The notes under the pieces were generated by a model. The model was not told where the DNA came from and searched no databases. It was given only the letters and a program-made list of their open reading frames with translations. A DNA stretch of 64,000 nt. Origin: an uncultured Polyangiales bacterium. GTDB taxonomy: Bacteria; Myxococcota_A; Polyangia; Polyangiales; GCA-016699535. How positions within the stretch are numbered: position 1 is the first letter of the stretch; the number at the start of each line of letters is the position of its first letter. The stretch is from NCBI GenBank assembly GCA_964640175.1, contig CAZXFW010000002.1:70257-134256 (forward strand). Direction: 5' to 3'. This document shows positions 1 to 10,006 of the stretch, one piece after another. The translations under genes and the position numbers were made by a program.

Positions 1-50
1 GAGCCGATCCACGGCCGGTAGGCTGCGACGAGAATCAAAGAAAGGCAAGT

Positions 51-1409
51 ATGTCAGGTTCTAAGAGTACACTTAGGCCAATCGCCTCTGCGTCTGCGTT
101 GGTAGATGTCTTTGCTCAGTCCTTTAAGCCCCGCAGCCACTGGCGAATTGGTGTGGAATCCGAAAAATTTGGCCTTTATTCTGCGACAGGCACCCCGCTT
201 CGCTACGGCTCTGAACATGGCATTGCTGCTTTGCTTCAAACGCTGTGCGACGAACAGGGATGGAGTCCAGACCACGACGCTACCACGGGTGCCGTTATTG
301 CACTTCGCAAACATCAAACCGCTCTCACCTTGGAGCCAGGAGGACAGGTCGAACTCTCAGGAGCGCCAGCTCGCTGTGTTCATGAAGTATGTCATGAGGT
401 CTCGGCACATCTTGAAGAGCTTGCTCCTTTTGCGAAATCGATGGACATTCGCTGGCTTGCCTTGGGATTCCATCCAACAGCAACCCAAGAAGATCTGCCG
501 TGGATACCTAAGGAACGCTACGCCATCATGAGGCAATACTTGCCGCAACGCGGTAAGCGTGCACTCGACATGATGCGCCGCACCTCTACCGTACAGGTCA
601 ATCTGGACTTCGATTCAGAACAAGATGCCATGCGCAAACTTCGAGTTGCGCTCAAACTCCAGCCCATTACGACAGCCGTGTTTGCCAACAGCCCTTTTAT
701 CGAAGGGCGGATCACTGAGGTGCGTAGCCAACGGGCTCACGTGTGGCTGGATGTTGATCCCGATCGTTGTGGACTATTGCCATTTGCGTGGCGCACCAAC
801 GCCACATTCGAAGATTACGTTCAATGGGCGCTGGATGTTCCCATGTTTTTCATTCAACGGGGCACCCAAACCTTACGCAACACAGGACAGACATTTCGTG
901 CATTCATGTCCGACGGATTTCAAGGACAGCGGGCAACTTTTGAAGATTGGGAACTGCACCTCTCCACACTTTTCCCTGAAGTTCGTATGAAACACACCAT
1001 CGAGGTCCGCGGTGCCGATGCGCAAGGCAAAAGCCTGTTATGTGCCGTCCCTGCTTTATGGAAAGGGTTACTCTACGACCCTACTGCATTGGACCAGGCA
1101 GAGTCGTTAGTAGAAGAGTTGGATCATGACACCGTAGCCAACGCACGCCAAGCCATTGGCACCCAAGCGCTGTTGGCCATGCTCGGTGATAAACCTGTAT
1201 ACACGTGGGCAGAATCCATGCTCGACATTGCCATCCAGGGGCTAAAACGCCTGAACGATTGCCCTCACTCCACCAAAGACGAAAGCCGGTTTCTCTTACC
1301 TCTGCAACACTTGATAGCTAACCGACAATGCCCGGCCGACGTGCTTTTAGCTCACATCAACCCTGCCCAACCGTTACTTGAGCAATTGTTCGAGTACGCG
1401 CCGGCCTAG
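51..1409 (+). CDS. gshA: glutamate--cysteine ligase, plant/alphaproteobacterial GCS2 type
   Basis: 452-aa ORF. Blocks 'WRIGVESEKFG', 'LTLEPGGQVELSG', 'RTSTVQVNLDF' and 'MKHTIEVRGAD' are typical of plant-type gamma-glutamylcysteine synthetase. Confidence 0.8.
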   Translation: MSGSKSTLRPIASASALVDVFAQSFKPRSHWRIGVESEKFGLYSATGTPLRYGSEHGIAALLQTLCDEQGWSPDHDATTGAVIALRKHQTALTLEPGGQVELSGAPARCVHEVCHEVSAHLEELAPFAKSMDIRWLALGFHPTATQEDLPWIPKERYAIMRQYLPQRGKRALDMMRRTSTVQVNLDFDSEQDAMRKLRVALKLQPITTAVFANSPFIEGRITEVRSQRAHVWLDVDPDRCGLLPFAWRTNATFEDYVQWALDVPMFFIQRGTQTLRNTGQTFRAFMSDGFQGQRATFEDWELHLSTLFPEVRMKHTIEVRGADAQGKSLLCAVPALWKGLLYDPTALDQAESLVEELDHDTVANARQAIGTQALLAMLGDKPVYTWAESMLDIAIQGLKRLNDCPHSTKDESRFLLPLQHLIANRQCPADVLLAHINPAQPLLEQLFEYAPA

Positions 1410-1417
1410 CGCCAGGA

Positions 1418-2752
1418 TTAGCGCAGCGCAACAAACGGCACCACAGCCCAGCCGTCTTTTTTGACAGTGACTACCCGGCGCTCACGTATACCGCGCGATT
1501 CGAACTCCAAGATGTGCTCGCCTGCACTGACTTCTTGATACGATAGGAACACCACCGCAGGCAATGTAGACCAACTACGCGTATCGGGAGTATCCGCAGC
1601 CGTCAATGCAGCCTGACCACCCAGGCTGAGCACAGCACCCATCGTACCTCCCACTGAACGGCGCGCGGTTTCCCCAGCAACCGCGCGCGTAATGGCGCGA
1701 ATAATCGCTGAGGCCACAACGGCACCCCGTGCTTCTAACCATGCGGCCCGAGAAACTGTATCGATGTTTAATGCAGAGGTTGTCGTCAATGGTTCCTGAT
1801 CGAGTCTCAAGTTGGGGTCAGCCCCGGGTAAGCGGGCTTTGCCAAATTCAGGGTAGTTCACCCAAGTGACAAGACCTTGGCCTGCAAGGTGTGTATAATG
1901 CGCACTCAAAACCAAGCTTGCATAGGTTAGCGCCAACCCGATCGGAATACGCCTCGACTCCTTGGCCGCCACACGTCCCACAGAAGCCACCACCATCAAT
2001 TTACCACACCCTTGCGCATACTCGCAGCGCATCGGCTTTTTAGTTCGCTCTATTGATTCGTTGACCAACGCATTCCAAGGGCCTGCTTGTGTATCCGAAG
2101 CGTCTGCCAATGCATCTTTGTAAAAAATACGTGCCTCGTCGGCTTTACCACTCAGCTCAAATACAACCCCCGAAAAATAACTACCTAGGCTGTCTCCCAT
2201 CACCTTTACATTACCTTTGTCGTTCAAGTACGCCCGCATGGTTGCAAACCGTCGCGCTTCCACCCGCGCCCCTGAAAGGTCTCCGCGTGCCAAATAGTTC
2301 ACCATATTGAGCGTATTGATAAGCAGCTTTTCATAACCCGCAGCCTTGTATTGCCCTGCATCATCGGAGTAGAGGTATCTACCCAAGTCGTCTAATGCAT
2401 CCCGCGAAAAATCTAAAAGCTCGATGTGTTTGTCGGCGGTTTCAAAGTCATTGCTGGAAAACTGATACCGCCCCACTTGCTGCAATATGGTTCCCCGATC
2501 TAGCAACAGCAAGGAATCTTCGTCATCCAGCTCGGTTGGCTGCTGATTGGCTTGCTTAACGTCAAGCTCCTCATTGAGCGCATCAATGGCGAGCCACGGA
2601 GCGCCTTTATCAAGCGCATCACGGGCTGTCTTGGTGCGAGCGGAGTGCCCCGAGCAACCCAATGCCGTATGACAAAGGGCTCCGAGGAGCACCACCCCGC
2701 CGTACCCACGCCAGCGGATTGCAGCAAACACGCGCTGAAATCCTTTCAACAC
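1418..2752 (-). CDS. hypothetical exported protein/lipoprotein, COG3014-like partner of LpoB-type lipoproteins
   Basis: 444-aa ORF with an N-terminal hydrophobic signal containing Cys (LGALCHTALGCSG). A helical-repeat-like segment is present ('LINTLNMVNYLARGDLSGARVEARRF'). It lies 6 nt downstream of the LpoB-like gene. Family assignment is from memory only. Confidence 0.45.
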   Translation of the reverse strand: MLKGFQRVFAAIRWRGYGGVVLLGALCHTALGCSGHSARTKTARDALDKGAPWLAIDALNEELDVKQANQQPTELDDEDSLLLLDRGTILQQVGRYQFSSNDFETADKHIELLDFSRDALDDLGRYLYSDDAGQYKAAGYEKLLINTLNMVNYLARGDLSGARVEARRFATMRAYLNDKGNVKVMGDSLGSYFSGVVFELSGKADEARIFYKDALADASDTQAGPWNALVNESIERTKKPMRCEYAQGCGKLMVVASVGRVAAKESRRIPIGLALTYASLVLSAHYTHLAGQGLVTWVNYPEFGKARLPGADPNLRLDQEPLTTTSALNIDTVSRAAWLEARGAVVASAIIRAITRAVAGETARRSVGGTMGAVLSLGGQAALTAADTPDTRSWSTLPAVVFLSYQEVSAGEHILEFESRGIRERRVVTVKKDGWAVVPFVALR

Positions 2753-2758
2753 AAACGT

Positions 2759-3379
2759 TTAGCTCACAATGGCCTTGGTCAGATCAGACTTGTTCTGGAA
2801 AAGGATTTCGCCCGTTTCCACAGAAAGCACCTGCAAGAACATGAAGTATTGGACACGCCTGGATTCGGCAGCGCGCTCATCGGCGGTAAACACCTTCCCT
2901 GTAACGATATAGCGGACCCCCATTTGATTGCCCCACTTCGCCACTTCATTCTGATTGAATCCATCCGCCTGCTGCGCACGAATTTCGTCCATCAGCATCT
3001 TTTGGTTCTCCATGCTGACCACACGAAAAATGTTGGAGTTGATTAGCTCTGTCTCTACGTCAGAGATAAGCGCATCCAGTGTGCTATCAATATGCTCGCT
3101 CGTCTCGTTGCGCAGAGGAAGCACAGCGATGCTAGGTTTTTTACCGCTCCGTCCCTCAGACTGCCAGCGTGTCACCACCGGCGAGCTCCACAATGCCTTG
3201 AAATTTTCGTGCATGAGCTGTTGCAGATCATGCCGATCAAGACCTGTGCTGTAGGCTGCCTCATCGAGGCCAGGTGACTGCGAACCCCGCACCACATGCG
3301 GATCGCTTCCACCGCACCCCCAAAGCATTAACACCAACGACGTAATCAACCCTAACCACTGCCGAGAATACTTAACCAT
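2759..3379 (-). CDS. LpoB-like (COG3417) penicillin-binding-protein activator family lipoprotein
   Basis: Internal Met gives a canonical lipoprotein signal, MVKYSRQWLGLITSLVLMLWGC (lipobox LWGC). 'IAVLPLRNETSEHID...LISDVETELINSNIFRVV' and 'VRYIVTGKV' resemble the LpoB/CsgG-like fold. The ORF track extends to 3427. Confidence 0.55.
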   Translation of the reverse strand: MVKYSRQWLGLITSLVLMLWGCGGSDPHVVRGSQSPGLDEAAYSTGLDRHDLQQLMHENFKALWSSPVVTRWQSEGRSGKKPSIAVLPLRNETSEHIDSTLDALISDVETELINSNIFRVVSMENQKMLMDEIRAQQADGFNQNEVAKWGNQMGVRYIVTGKVFTADERAAESRRVQYFMFLQVLSVETGEILFQNKSDLTKAIVS

Positions 3380-3445
3380 CGCGATCACCCCCGTAACAAT
3401 GGCACCAGCGTACACAGATTCACCCAAATGTCTACGAAGAACGCT

Positions 3446-4630
3446 TTACTTGATCACAAGCCTGGCCCAACTCCGTTTTCCAGCCTTCACTAGGTAATGC
3501 TTGCCTCGGGATAATGTGGCCTGCATATCGGTGACACGCACTTCGTCAATCTCGATGCCGCCTTGTTCCAGACGCCTCTTCCCGTCACTTGAGCTCTTAA
3601 CTAAACCTGCCAATGCCAAGGCCTTGGGCACCCAAATCGTCGGCTCATTCACTTCAAGGACGATTTCCTGAAGGTCCTGCGGTATCTGACGCTTCGAAAA
3701 TTGGTCAAGCCACTGTGCTTGAGCCTGCATCGCTGCCGCACTGTCGTGCAAGGTCGCTACGATTTCCTGTGCCAAGGCTAACTTTGCATCGCGAGGGTTG
3801 AGCGTTCCCTGTTTAGCCGCCTGCTTGGTTGCCTGGATTTCTTCCAGAGGCCGCAGCGATAAAAGATCGTAATAACGCCACATCAGGTTGTCAGAAATGC
3901 TCATCAACTTGCCAAACTGCTCCAAGGGAGGCTCTGTCAATCCCACGTAGTTATCCAATGATTTGCTCATCTTCTGGCCTACAGGCACACCATTAACCAC
4001 GTCGGCATTGATACCTTCCAGAATTGGAGTGGTCATGACGATTTGAGGAGGCAACTTGTACTCTCGCATGATTTCACGACCAACCATGAGATTGAACAAC
4101 TGATCGGTGCCGCCTAACTCAACATCGCATTTAAGCTCGACAGAATCGTAGGCCTGAGCCAATGGATACAAGAGTTCGTGTAGCGCAATGCTGCTGTGTT
4201 CAGCCCAACGCGTCTTGAAGTCTTCACGCTCCATCATCCTAGCCAACGTGTATTTGGCAGCCAAGCGTATGACATCATCGAATGTAAACTTACCAAGCCA
4301 CGCATTGTTATAAACAATCCGCGTCCGTTCACGGTCTAGGATTTTGTAAGCCTGCTCGGCATACGAACGCGCTCCTGCTTCGATTTCCTCACGCGTGGGC
4401 ACTGGGCGAGTGTTATTGCGACCCGACGGGTCCCCAATCTGGGCTGTAAAATCGCCCACCACAAACACCACGTCATGACCAAAATCCTGAAACTGCCGCA
4501 TTTTGCGCAACAGCACCGCGTGACCCAAATGAAGATCTGGACGCGTCGGGTCAAACCCTGCCTTGATGACGAGCGGGCGGTCCTGCTTCAACCGCTCTAA
4601 CAGTTCGGCTTCGACGTGACAGTCCACCAC
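3446..4630 (-). CDS. tyrS: tyrosine--tRNA ligase
   Basis: 394 aa. Class I HIGH motif ('HLGHAV'), KMSKS motif ('KMSKSLDNY'), and a C-terminal S4-like domain. Confidence 0.92.
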   Translation of the reverse strand: MVDCHVEAELLERLKQDRPLVIKAGFDPTRPDLHLGHAVLLRKMRQFQDFGHDVVFVVGDFTAQIGDPSGRNNTRPVPTREEIEAGARSYAEQAYKILDRERTRIVYNNAWLGKFTFDDVIRLAAKYTLARMMEREDFKTRWAEHSSIALHELLYPLAQAYDSVELKCDVELGGTDQLFNLMVGREIMREYKLPPQIVMTTPILEGINADVVNGVPVGQKMSKSLDNYVGLTEPPLEQFGKLMSISDNLMWRYYDLLSLRPLEEIQATKQAAKQGTLNPRDAKLALAQEIVATLHDSAAAMQAQAQWLDQFSKRQIPQDLQEIVLEVNEPTIWVPKALALAGLVKSSSDGKRRLEQGGIEIDEVRVTDMQATLSRGKHYLVKAGKRSWARLVIK

Positions 4631-4671
4631 GCCCGTTTTGAGCTTCGAAAGCTGCTCCGTGATGGAAATGG

Positions 4672-4983
4672 CTACTCCTTTTGTTTCTGCGCTTGATCAC
4701 GCAGAAAACTCCGATTGACAAGCTCTTTGAGTTCCTTGCCCATCTTGAAGTGCGGCAACCGCTTGCCAGGAACATCTCGGGTATCGCCGGTCTTCGGATT
4801 ACGACCTGTATAAGACTGATACTCGCGCACGGTAAAACTGCCAAATCCACGAATTTCGATGCCCCCGCTACGCTCTAGCGTTGCAGTCATCACATCGAGC
4901 ACACAGTTGACGACAAGCTCAGCCCGACCTCGGGTGATGTTAGCTTTCTGAGCTATCATTTCAATAAGCTCGGATTTCGTCAT
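4672..4983 (-). CDS. ihfB: integration host factor beta-like / HU family DNA-binding protein
   Basis: 103 aa. 'MTKSELIE', 'IEIRGFGSF' and 'GRNPKTGD...VPGKRLPHFKMGKELKE' closely follow the IHF-beta pattern. Confidence 0.85.
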   Translation of the reverse strand: MTKSELIEMIAQKANITRGRAELVVNCVLDVMTATLERSGGIEIRGFGSFTVREYQSYTGRNPKTGDTRDVPGKRLPHFKMGKELKELVNRSFLRDQAQKQKE

Positions 4984-5112
4984 AGGTGTAAAAGTGCCTG
5001 GCTTTTGAGTGTAAGGGACCTGGCAAAAAAGTCAATAGAAAATCAGATACTTGGCCACACTAGGTTTCCCTTGGGCAATTGGTTAGTATGCACTCCAACA
5101 TCGAGGTAGCCC

Positions 5113-7425
5113 ATGTGTCCATCGGATTTTCCCCCTTCTACCCCTTCGCCCCAGGTGCCCCTGGACGACGACCAGGCATTGCGGGGCATTCGCCGAAAGA
5201 CAAGCCAAGTTAGCGTAATTGTTAGCCTTTTTTCGCTGGCGGTGGTGGCAGTCGCAGGATGGCTTTTCTGGACCCAGCGCCACACCTTAGAAGAAAGCCG
5301 TACAGCGTACTCCAAGGCCCATGAAGCTGGCAGCACCGAGGCCTTTTTGACCAAGACACGAGAGCTATTGCCGCGCACGGATTACGACGATCTTCAGGTG
5401 GAGATGATACAGAAGCTTGGGCAGTACCGCGATGTGCAAGCCGTGCCGATCCTGACCGACCAGCTTAAGGAAGCAGGTGTGGTACGACGCGCAGCGGCGC
5501 TTGCACTTGCGGCGATTGGTTTGCCCGAAGCATCCTCGGCCAAGCCCACCTTGTTGGCGGTGCTCAAAGACTCCGACGAACGCGACCGCACTCAGGTGAT
5601 TTGGGCATTGGCTGTATTACGCGAACAAAGTGCCGCAAAAGCCATTATGGAGGCGTTTGGGCAAGGCATGTTGCAAGCTCAACCCAATTTTGATCCTAAA
5701 GTCATCGTCGATGCCGTGGGTGTTGATCAGCTGAGCGCATCTACTCTATTGGAAAGCCCGCAACCTGCTACCCGGTTGCTGGTGGCACAGGCATTGGCCG
5801 AAGAAGGGTCTCCTAGCGTGGTGGAGCCACTCCAACGCCTCCTCCAAAGAGAACTCAGACTTAACCCTAAAGACCAATCCGTCGAAGTAGTGCGAACCAC
5901 GTTGACTGGTCTTGGAAAAACAGGCCAATCCACCGCACTGGCCACATTTTTCGAAGTACTTGAAAAACAACCCGGACTTAAACCCGGTGTGCTGGAATCC
6001 ATCCGCAAATCAACATCGGCACAAGGGCTGATCGCCTTGTTGCATCACGTAAAGGACAGTGACATGCGCCAACAACTGGTGCGCATGCTCGCGGCCACGC
6101 ACGATAGCCGTGCGACCGACACGTTGGTAGGGCTTGTTAACGACAGCGATGCTAAAATTCGCACGTATGCCGCCGTAGGCCTTGCAGCCTTGGGAAATGA
6201 CCGCGGCATGCCGGTGCTTGTCGAGTTAGCTGCATCGGATAACGATCAACTCGCCACCGAAGCGTTGCTTAACCTGCGAGAGCTTCGTAGCCCCAACTGC
6301 GTGGCGCCGTTGTTACAAGTGATGAGCAAAAAACCTGGAAGGCGTGCAAGCATTTTACGCGCATTGGGCGCTAGCGGTTCCGCCCACGCGGGACCTATCC
6401 TTATGAAAGAACTCAAAGGCGACGATGTTGAAGCAGCCGCCCTAGCGCTTGGAGAACTCCGCTACGAGCCAGCGCTAGGCATATTGTTACGCATGGTCAA
6501 GCGGACGCCAGGCATTGATTTTACACAGCCTAGCCGCAAGAGCGAACAAGCGTACCGCAATCGGTTGGTCGCGATCCGGGCACTCGGTTATTACGGCAAC
6601 CCCGTTGCAACCGCTGAGCTCAAAACTGTCGTCGAAGATACGCTGGATGACGCTCGTTTGCGTGACATGGCAGGACGCATGCTCGCACATGTGGCGGACA
6701 TGGCATTCTTAACCGAGCTTACGCGCAAAGTGCGGGATACCTCTTTAGACCAGCATACACGCATGTATTATGCCCAGGCCTTCTGGCAAAGGCCCATGCC
6801 TGAGCTGGCTCCCGCGTTCATGGACATCATGGCCGACAAAGCGTTGCCCTGGGAAATCCGCCGCGCTGCAGCATTAGGCCTTGGGTATATCAGCCACCCT
6901 GACTATGACGCCAAGCTTTCAGCGATGCTGGATGTGCAAGAGATACGACGCGCGGCTTCTTTAGCCGTCGTACTTGGCGGAAGCGAAGCCACAGGGCGTA
7001 AACTGCTTGATGTACTCCTGAGCGATCGAGAAACCCTGGAACTTTTGGAAGACGGATTCCTTGGTGAAGCATCCGACTGGTTTGCCATCATCCCGCATGA
7101 CAGTGCCACCGAGATGCTGCGTCGTCTGACCGTGGGTTATCTATTGCGTGAGGGTAAAGGCGCACAGAAATTGAGTTTTGCATGGGCTTACCATGTGGGC
7201 CGACTCAAAGCGGGGTGGCCTGCTCCAGGCGGCATGGATGCTCGCACAGCCCGACACATCTTACACAACACCCTGATAGGACAAGACGCTAAAGCCCGGG
7301 CGTTGGCGGCAGAAGCCTTGGATGCCATGGGAGAGCGAGGCATACTGCTTGCTGTACGTGACAGCGGCGGTCCCGGCGGCGCCGAAGCCCGTCGTGTCCT
7401 CTATGTTCCTGTGTTGCCAAACTAA
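5113..7425 (+). CDS. membrane-anchored HEAT-repeat protein
   Basis: 770 aa. One TM segment (VIVSLFSLAVVAVAGWLFW) is followed by many PBS-lyase/HEAT-like repeats ('AVPILTDQLKEAGVVRRAAALALAAIG', 'DAKIRTYAAVGLAALG', etc.). Confidence 0.7.
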   Translation: MCPSDFPPSTPSPQVPLDDDQALRGIRRKTSQVSVIVSLFSLAVVAVAGWLFWTQRHTLEESRTAYSKAHEAGSTEAFLTKTRELLPRTDYDDLQVEMIQKLGQYRDVQAVPILTDQLKEAGVVRRAAALALAAIGLPEASSAKPTLLAVLKDSDERDRTQVIWALAVLREQSAAKAIMEAFGQGMLQAQPNFDPKVIVDAVGVDQLSASTLLESPQPATRLLVAQALAEEGSPSVVEPLQRLLQRELRLNPKDQSVEVVRTTLTGLGKTGQSTALATFFEVLEKQPGLKPGVLESIRKSTSAQGLIALLHHVKDSDMRQQLVRMLAATHDSRATDTLVGLVNDSDAKIRTYAAVGLAALGNDRGMPVLVELAASDNDQLATEALLNLRELRSPNCVAPLLQVMSKKPGRRASILRALGASGSAHAGPILMKELKGDDVEAAALALGELRYEPALGILLRMVKRTPGIDFTQPSRKSEQAYRNRLVAIRALGYYGNPVATAELKTVVEDTLDDARLRDMAGRMLAHVADMAFLTELTRKVRDTSLDQHTRMYYAQAFWQRPMPELAPAFMDIMADKALPWEIRRAAALGLGYISHPDYDAKLSAMLDVQEIRRAASLAVVLGGSEATGRKLLDVLLSDRETLELLEDGFLGEASDWFAIIPHDSATEMLRRLTVGYLLREGKGAQKLSFAWAYHVGRLKAGWPAPGGMDARTARHILHNTLIGQDAKARALAAEALDAMGERGILLAVRDSGGPGGAEARRVLYVPVLPN

Positions 7426-7448
7426 ATGAAGTTGTTTGTTACGTGAGA

Positions 7449-8741
7449 TTACTCGGATTTGCTAAGCCATGGGGTAAGGCAGACGCTCACTGTTATGACA
7501 TCTACTCCGTTCTGATAGTCGAAGTCCTGACAATACGCGATGGCTCCAGCAGGTGTCATCCTAGCCACGCCTTGGATAGAAGAGGTTCTTTGCGTGCTTA
7601 TCACCGCTCCCTCTGCGTCCTGAAATTCCCACGTCACGGGCATGTCCCCCAAATGAATCCTTAACGAACTCGCAAGGTTTTCGGTCTGATAGAGTTGGAT
7701 CGTTCTCGAACAAGGCGGCAAAGCACACTCCGCCAACGTTCCTACCAGTGGTTCGGTAGAATCAAAAGAATACGTCCGGAAGCGAACCGCTTCCTGCCCC
7801 ACCATCACAGCAACATCCCAAAGCCCTGTAATCTCCACAGGAGATTCGATGACTTGAGAAGCACGCGTAGCTATCCTTAATGGCAGCAAATAGTCATGAT
7901 TGTATGACACCAAGGAGTCGTGTTCCGGATTATATGGAACCTCACTCCACAATCTCATCACGTCGTCAGCCTTCTGAGCATCAGAAGCGCCAATCAATTG
8001 GGGGGATATGATACCAGGGATACCGTTACGCTGCGCTACAATCGCTGTCATAACGGGCGTCGGCAAACACTCAACACGGCTTGGCTTCGACACATCAAGT
8101 TCGACTGAACTTACATACTCACCTTGCCATACCATGCAGGAAAAAAAACGTACTAACCCTTGATGGGTTAAAAGCTTCACGACGGCCATGCCATCTGAAG
8201 CAAATGAATTCACTCGCCAAAAACCGTCCATGACACTTTCAGGAATGACATTCGGACGTGGGTTTGGATGGTTGCCGCCTGGCGCATAGCCCAAGCATAG
8301 GTCGCATTCGACCTCATCGCCTAACACGGTAGGCAACACACTCTTATCGTCTGCGTGATTAAGAATCCGCCACTCACTCTTCGAAAGACACTCTGCTTGC
8401 TGTGCCTGATCCAAGTGTTCTCCCTGACACCAGGGAACGGTGCCTTGAAGATAGGTCTCACACACCCACTGCTGGTCTCCCACCCAGGATTCATCACAGC
8501 CATTGGGCTGAGTCTTCTCGGGCCGTCGTCGATAGCAAGCAAGCTGGCTCTGTTCGTATCCTAGACTATCCCCAAGGTTACCGCACGTCGTAGACACTGT
8601 CCTTACTTGGCCTGACTCGTCGTGACTACCTGTCTGTACTGTGTCAGAAGCGCATCCGGATATCTCCAGTAGCCCGAGCAGCATCCAGGCAATCTGAAAC
8701 CGCACCGCGTTTCCCCCAAAAAGCATTCTCTGCTTTAGCAT
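7449..8741 (-). CDS. hypothetical Cys-rich lipoprotein
   Basis: 430 aa. Signal plus lipobox (LLEISGCAS). About 17 Cys are scattered through the mature protein. I recognise no family. Confidence 0.5.
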   Translation of the reverse strand: MLKQRMLFGGNAVRFQIAWMLLGLLEISGCASDTVQTGSHDESGQVRTVSTTCGNLGDSLGYEQSQLACYRRRPEKTQPNGCDESWVGDQQWVCETYLQGTVPWCQGEHLDQAQQAECLSKSEWRILNHADDKSVLPTVLGDEVECDLCLGYAPGGNHPNPRPNVIPESVMDGFWRVNSFASDGMAVVKLLTHQGLVRFFSCMVWQGEYVSSVELDVSKPSRVECLPTPVMTAIVAQRNGIPGIISPQLIGASDAQKADDVMRLWSEVPYNPEHDSLVSYNHDYLLPLRIATRASQVIESPVEITGLWDVAVMVGQEAVRFRTYSFDSTEPLVGTLAECALPPCSRTIQLYQTENLASSLRIHLGDMPVTWEFQDAEGAVISTQRTSSIQGVARMTPAGAIAYCQDFDYQNGVDVITVSVCLTPWLSKSE

Positions 8742-8798
8742 CAGATGGTGTCACGTCAACGCGAAATATTCAGAGGGCAGATCCAGCGCAATGGCACG

Positions 8799-9980
8799 CT
8801 AGCGGTCAAGGGCGTTACGCAGATCGCGGATTAAATCATCGGGACTTTCAATTCCTACAGCGTAACGCACCAGATTATCAGGGATCCCTAACGCCTGCCG
8901 CTCCTCAGGACTTTGGTCAAAATAACTCATTAACGCTGGTTGCTCTACCAAAGACTCTACGCCACCCAAACTCGGCGCAATGCGTGGGATCTCAAGCGCA
9001 TCGACAAACGCAGAAGTTTCCGCACCACCGGCCTTCAACGCAAACGTTACCACTCCACCAAAGCCCTGCATCAAGCGCTTCGCCACAATGTGATTCGGAT
9101 GCGAACTCAATCCTGGATACCAAACACGCTCAACACGCGGGTGAGACTCCAACATGGCTGCAACAGCCAACGCAGAACGATTTTGCTGGTTAACACGGAC
9201 GCTTAACGTTTTTAGGCCACGGTGGACCAAAAATGCAGCATGCGGATCGCACACCGCCCCAATAATGTCCCTTACTTCCCGCGCAAGCGAGATTAAACCA
9301 CTTTTCCCGGCAAGCACGCCAGCAAGCACATCGTTATGCCCACCAAAATATTTACTCGCGCTGTGCATCACCAGATCAATGCCATAACTCAAAGGCTGCA
9401 AATTGACCGGCGTTGCAAATGTGGCATCGATCAACGTTTTTACGCGTTTAGCACGACACACCTGAACAAGACGTTCCAAGTCCACCACTGCCAGGTAAGG
9501 ATTGGTGGGGACCTCACTTATCACCAATACGGTTTCTGGACGAATTGCGTGTTCCAAAGCAGAAACATCTGCTGCAGGAACCAAGGTATGGCTCACCCCA
9601 AAGCGCGCCAAAAAATGACTCACAAACTGCCTGCTCCGTCGATAACAATCTGCAAAGAGCACCACATGAGAGCCTTGCTTACATAGAGCAAACAATATGG
9701 CAGTCACGGCCGCCATGCCGCTGGAAAACGCCAGCGCAGCTTCCGCTCCTTCGAGTGCCGCCACTTTGTCCTCCACCAAACGAACCGTTGGATTGCCATA
9801 ACGGCCATACTCTTCCCGTTCGCGTCGGCCTTCCATGTAAGCGATAAGCTCCGCAGTGTTGGCAAACGTATACGTCGCAGTTTGCACAACGGGAGCCGTA
9901 ACAGCATCATACGGATAGCTACGAGGTTCACCCGCATGCACCACGGCCGTAGGTAAAGTGATAGGTGTTTTGGCATCCAT
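8799..9980 (-). CDS. PLP-dependent Cys/Met metabolism enzyme (cystathionine gamma-synthase/beta- or gamma-lyase family)
   Basis: PLP-lysine motif 'HSASKYFGGHNDVLAG' and an N-terminal 'VHAGE' block. Start placed at the internal Met (MDAKTPI) to avoid a 28-nt overlap with the upstream gene. The ORF track extends to 10034. Confidence 0.85.
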   Translation of the reverse strand: MDAKTPITLPTAVVHAGEPRSYPYDAVTAPVVQTATYTFANTAELIAYMEGRREREEYGRYGNPTVRLVEDKVAALEGAEAALAFSSGMAAVTAILFALCKQGSHVVLFADCYRRSRQFVSHFLARFGVSHTLVPAADVSALEHAIRPETVLVISEVPTNPYLAVVDLERLVQVCRAKRVKTLIDATFATPVNLQPLSYGIDLVMHSASKYFGGHNDVLAGVLAGKSGLISLAREVRDIIGAVCDPHAAFLVHRGLKTLSVRVNQQNRSALAVAAMLESHPRVERVWYPGLSSHPNHIVAKRLMQGFGGVVTFALKAGGAETSAFVDALEIPRIAPSLGGVESLVEQPALMSYFDQSPEERQALGIPDNLVRYAVGIESPDDLIRDLRNALDR

Positions 9981-10006
9981 GGACGCGGAGCTTACACTAC
10001 AACGTG

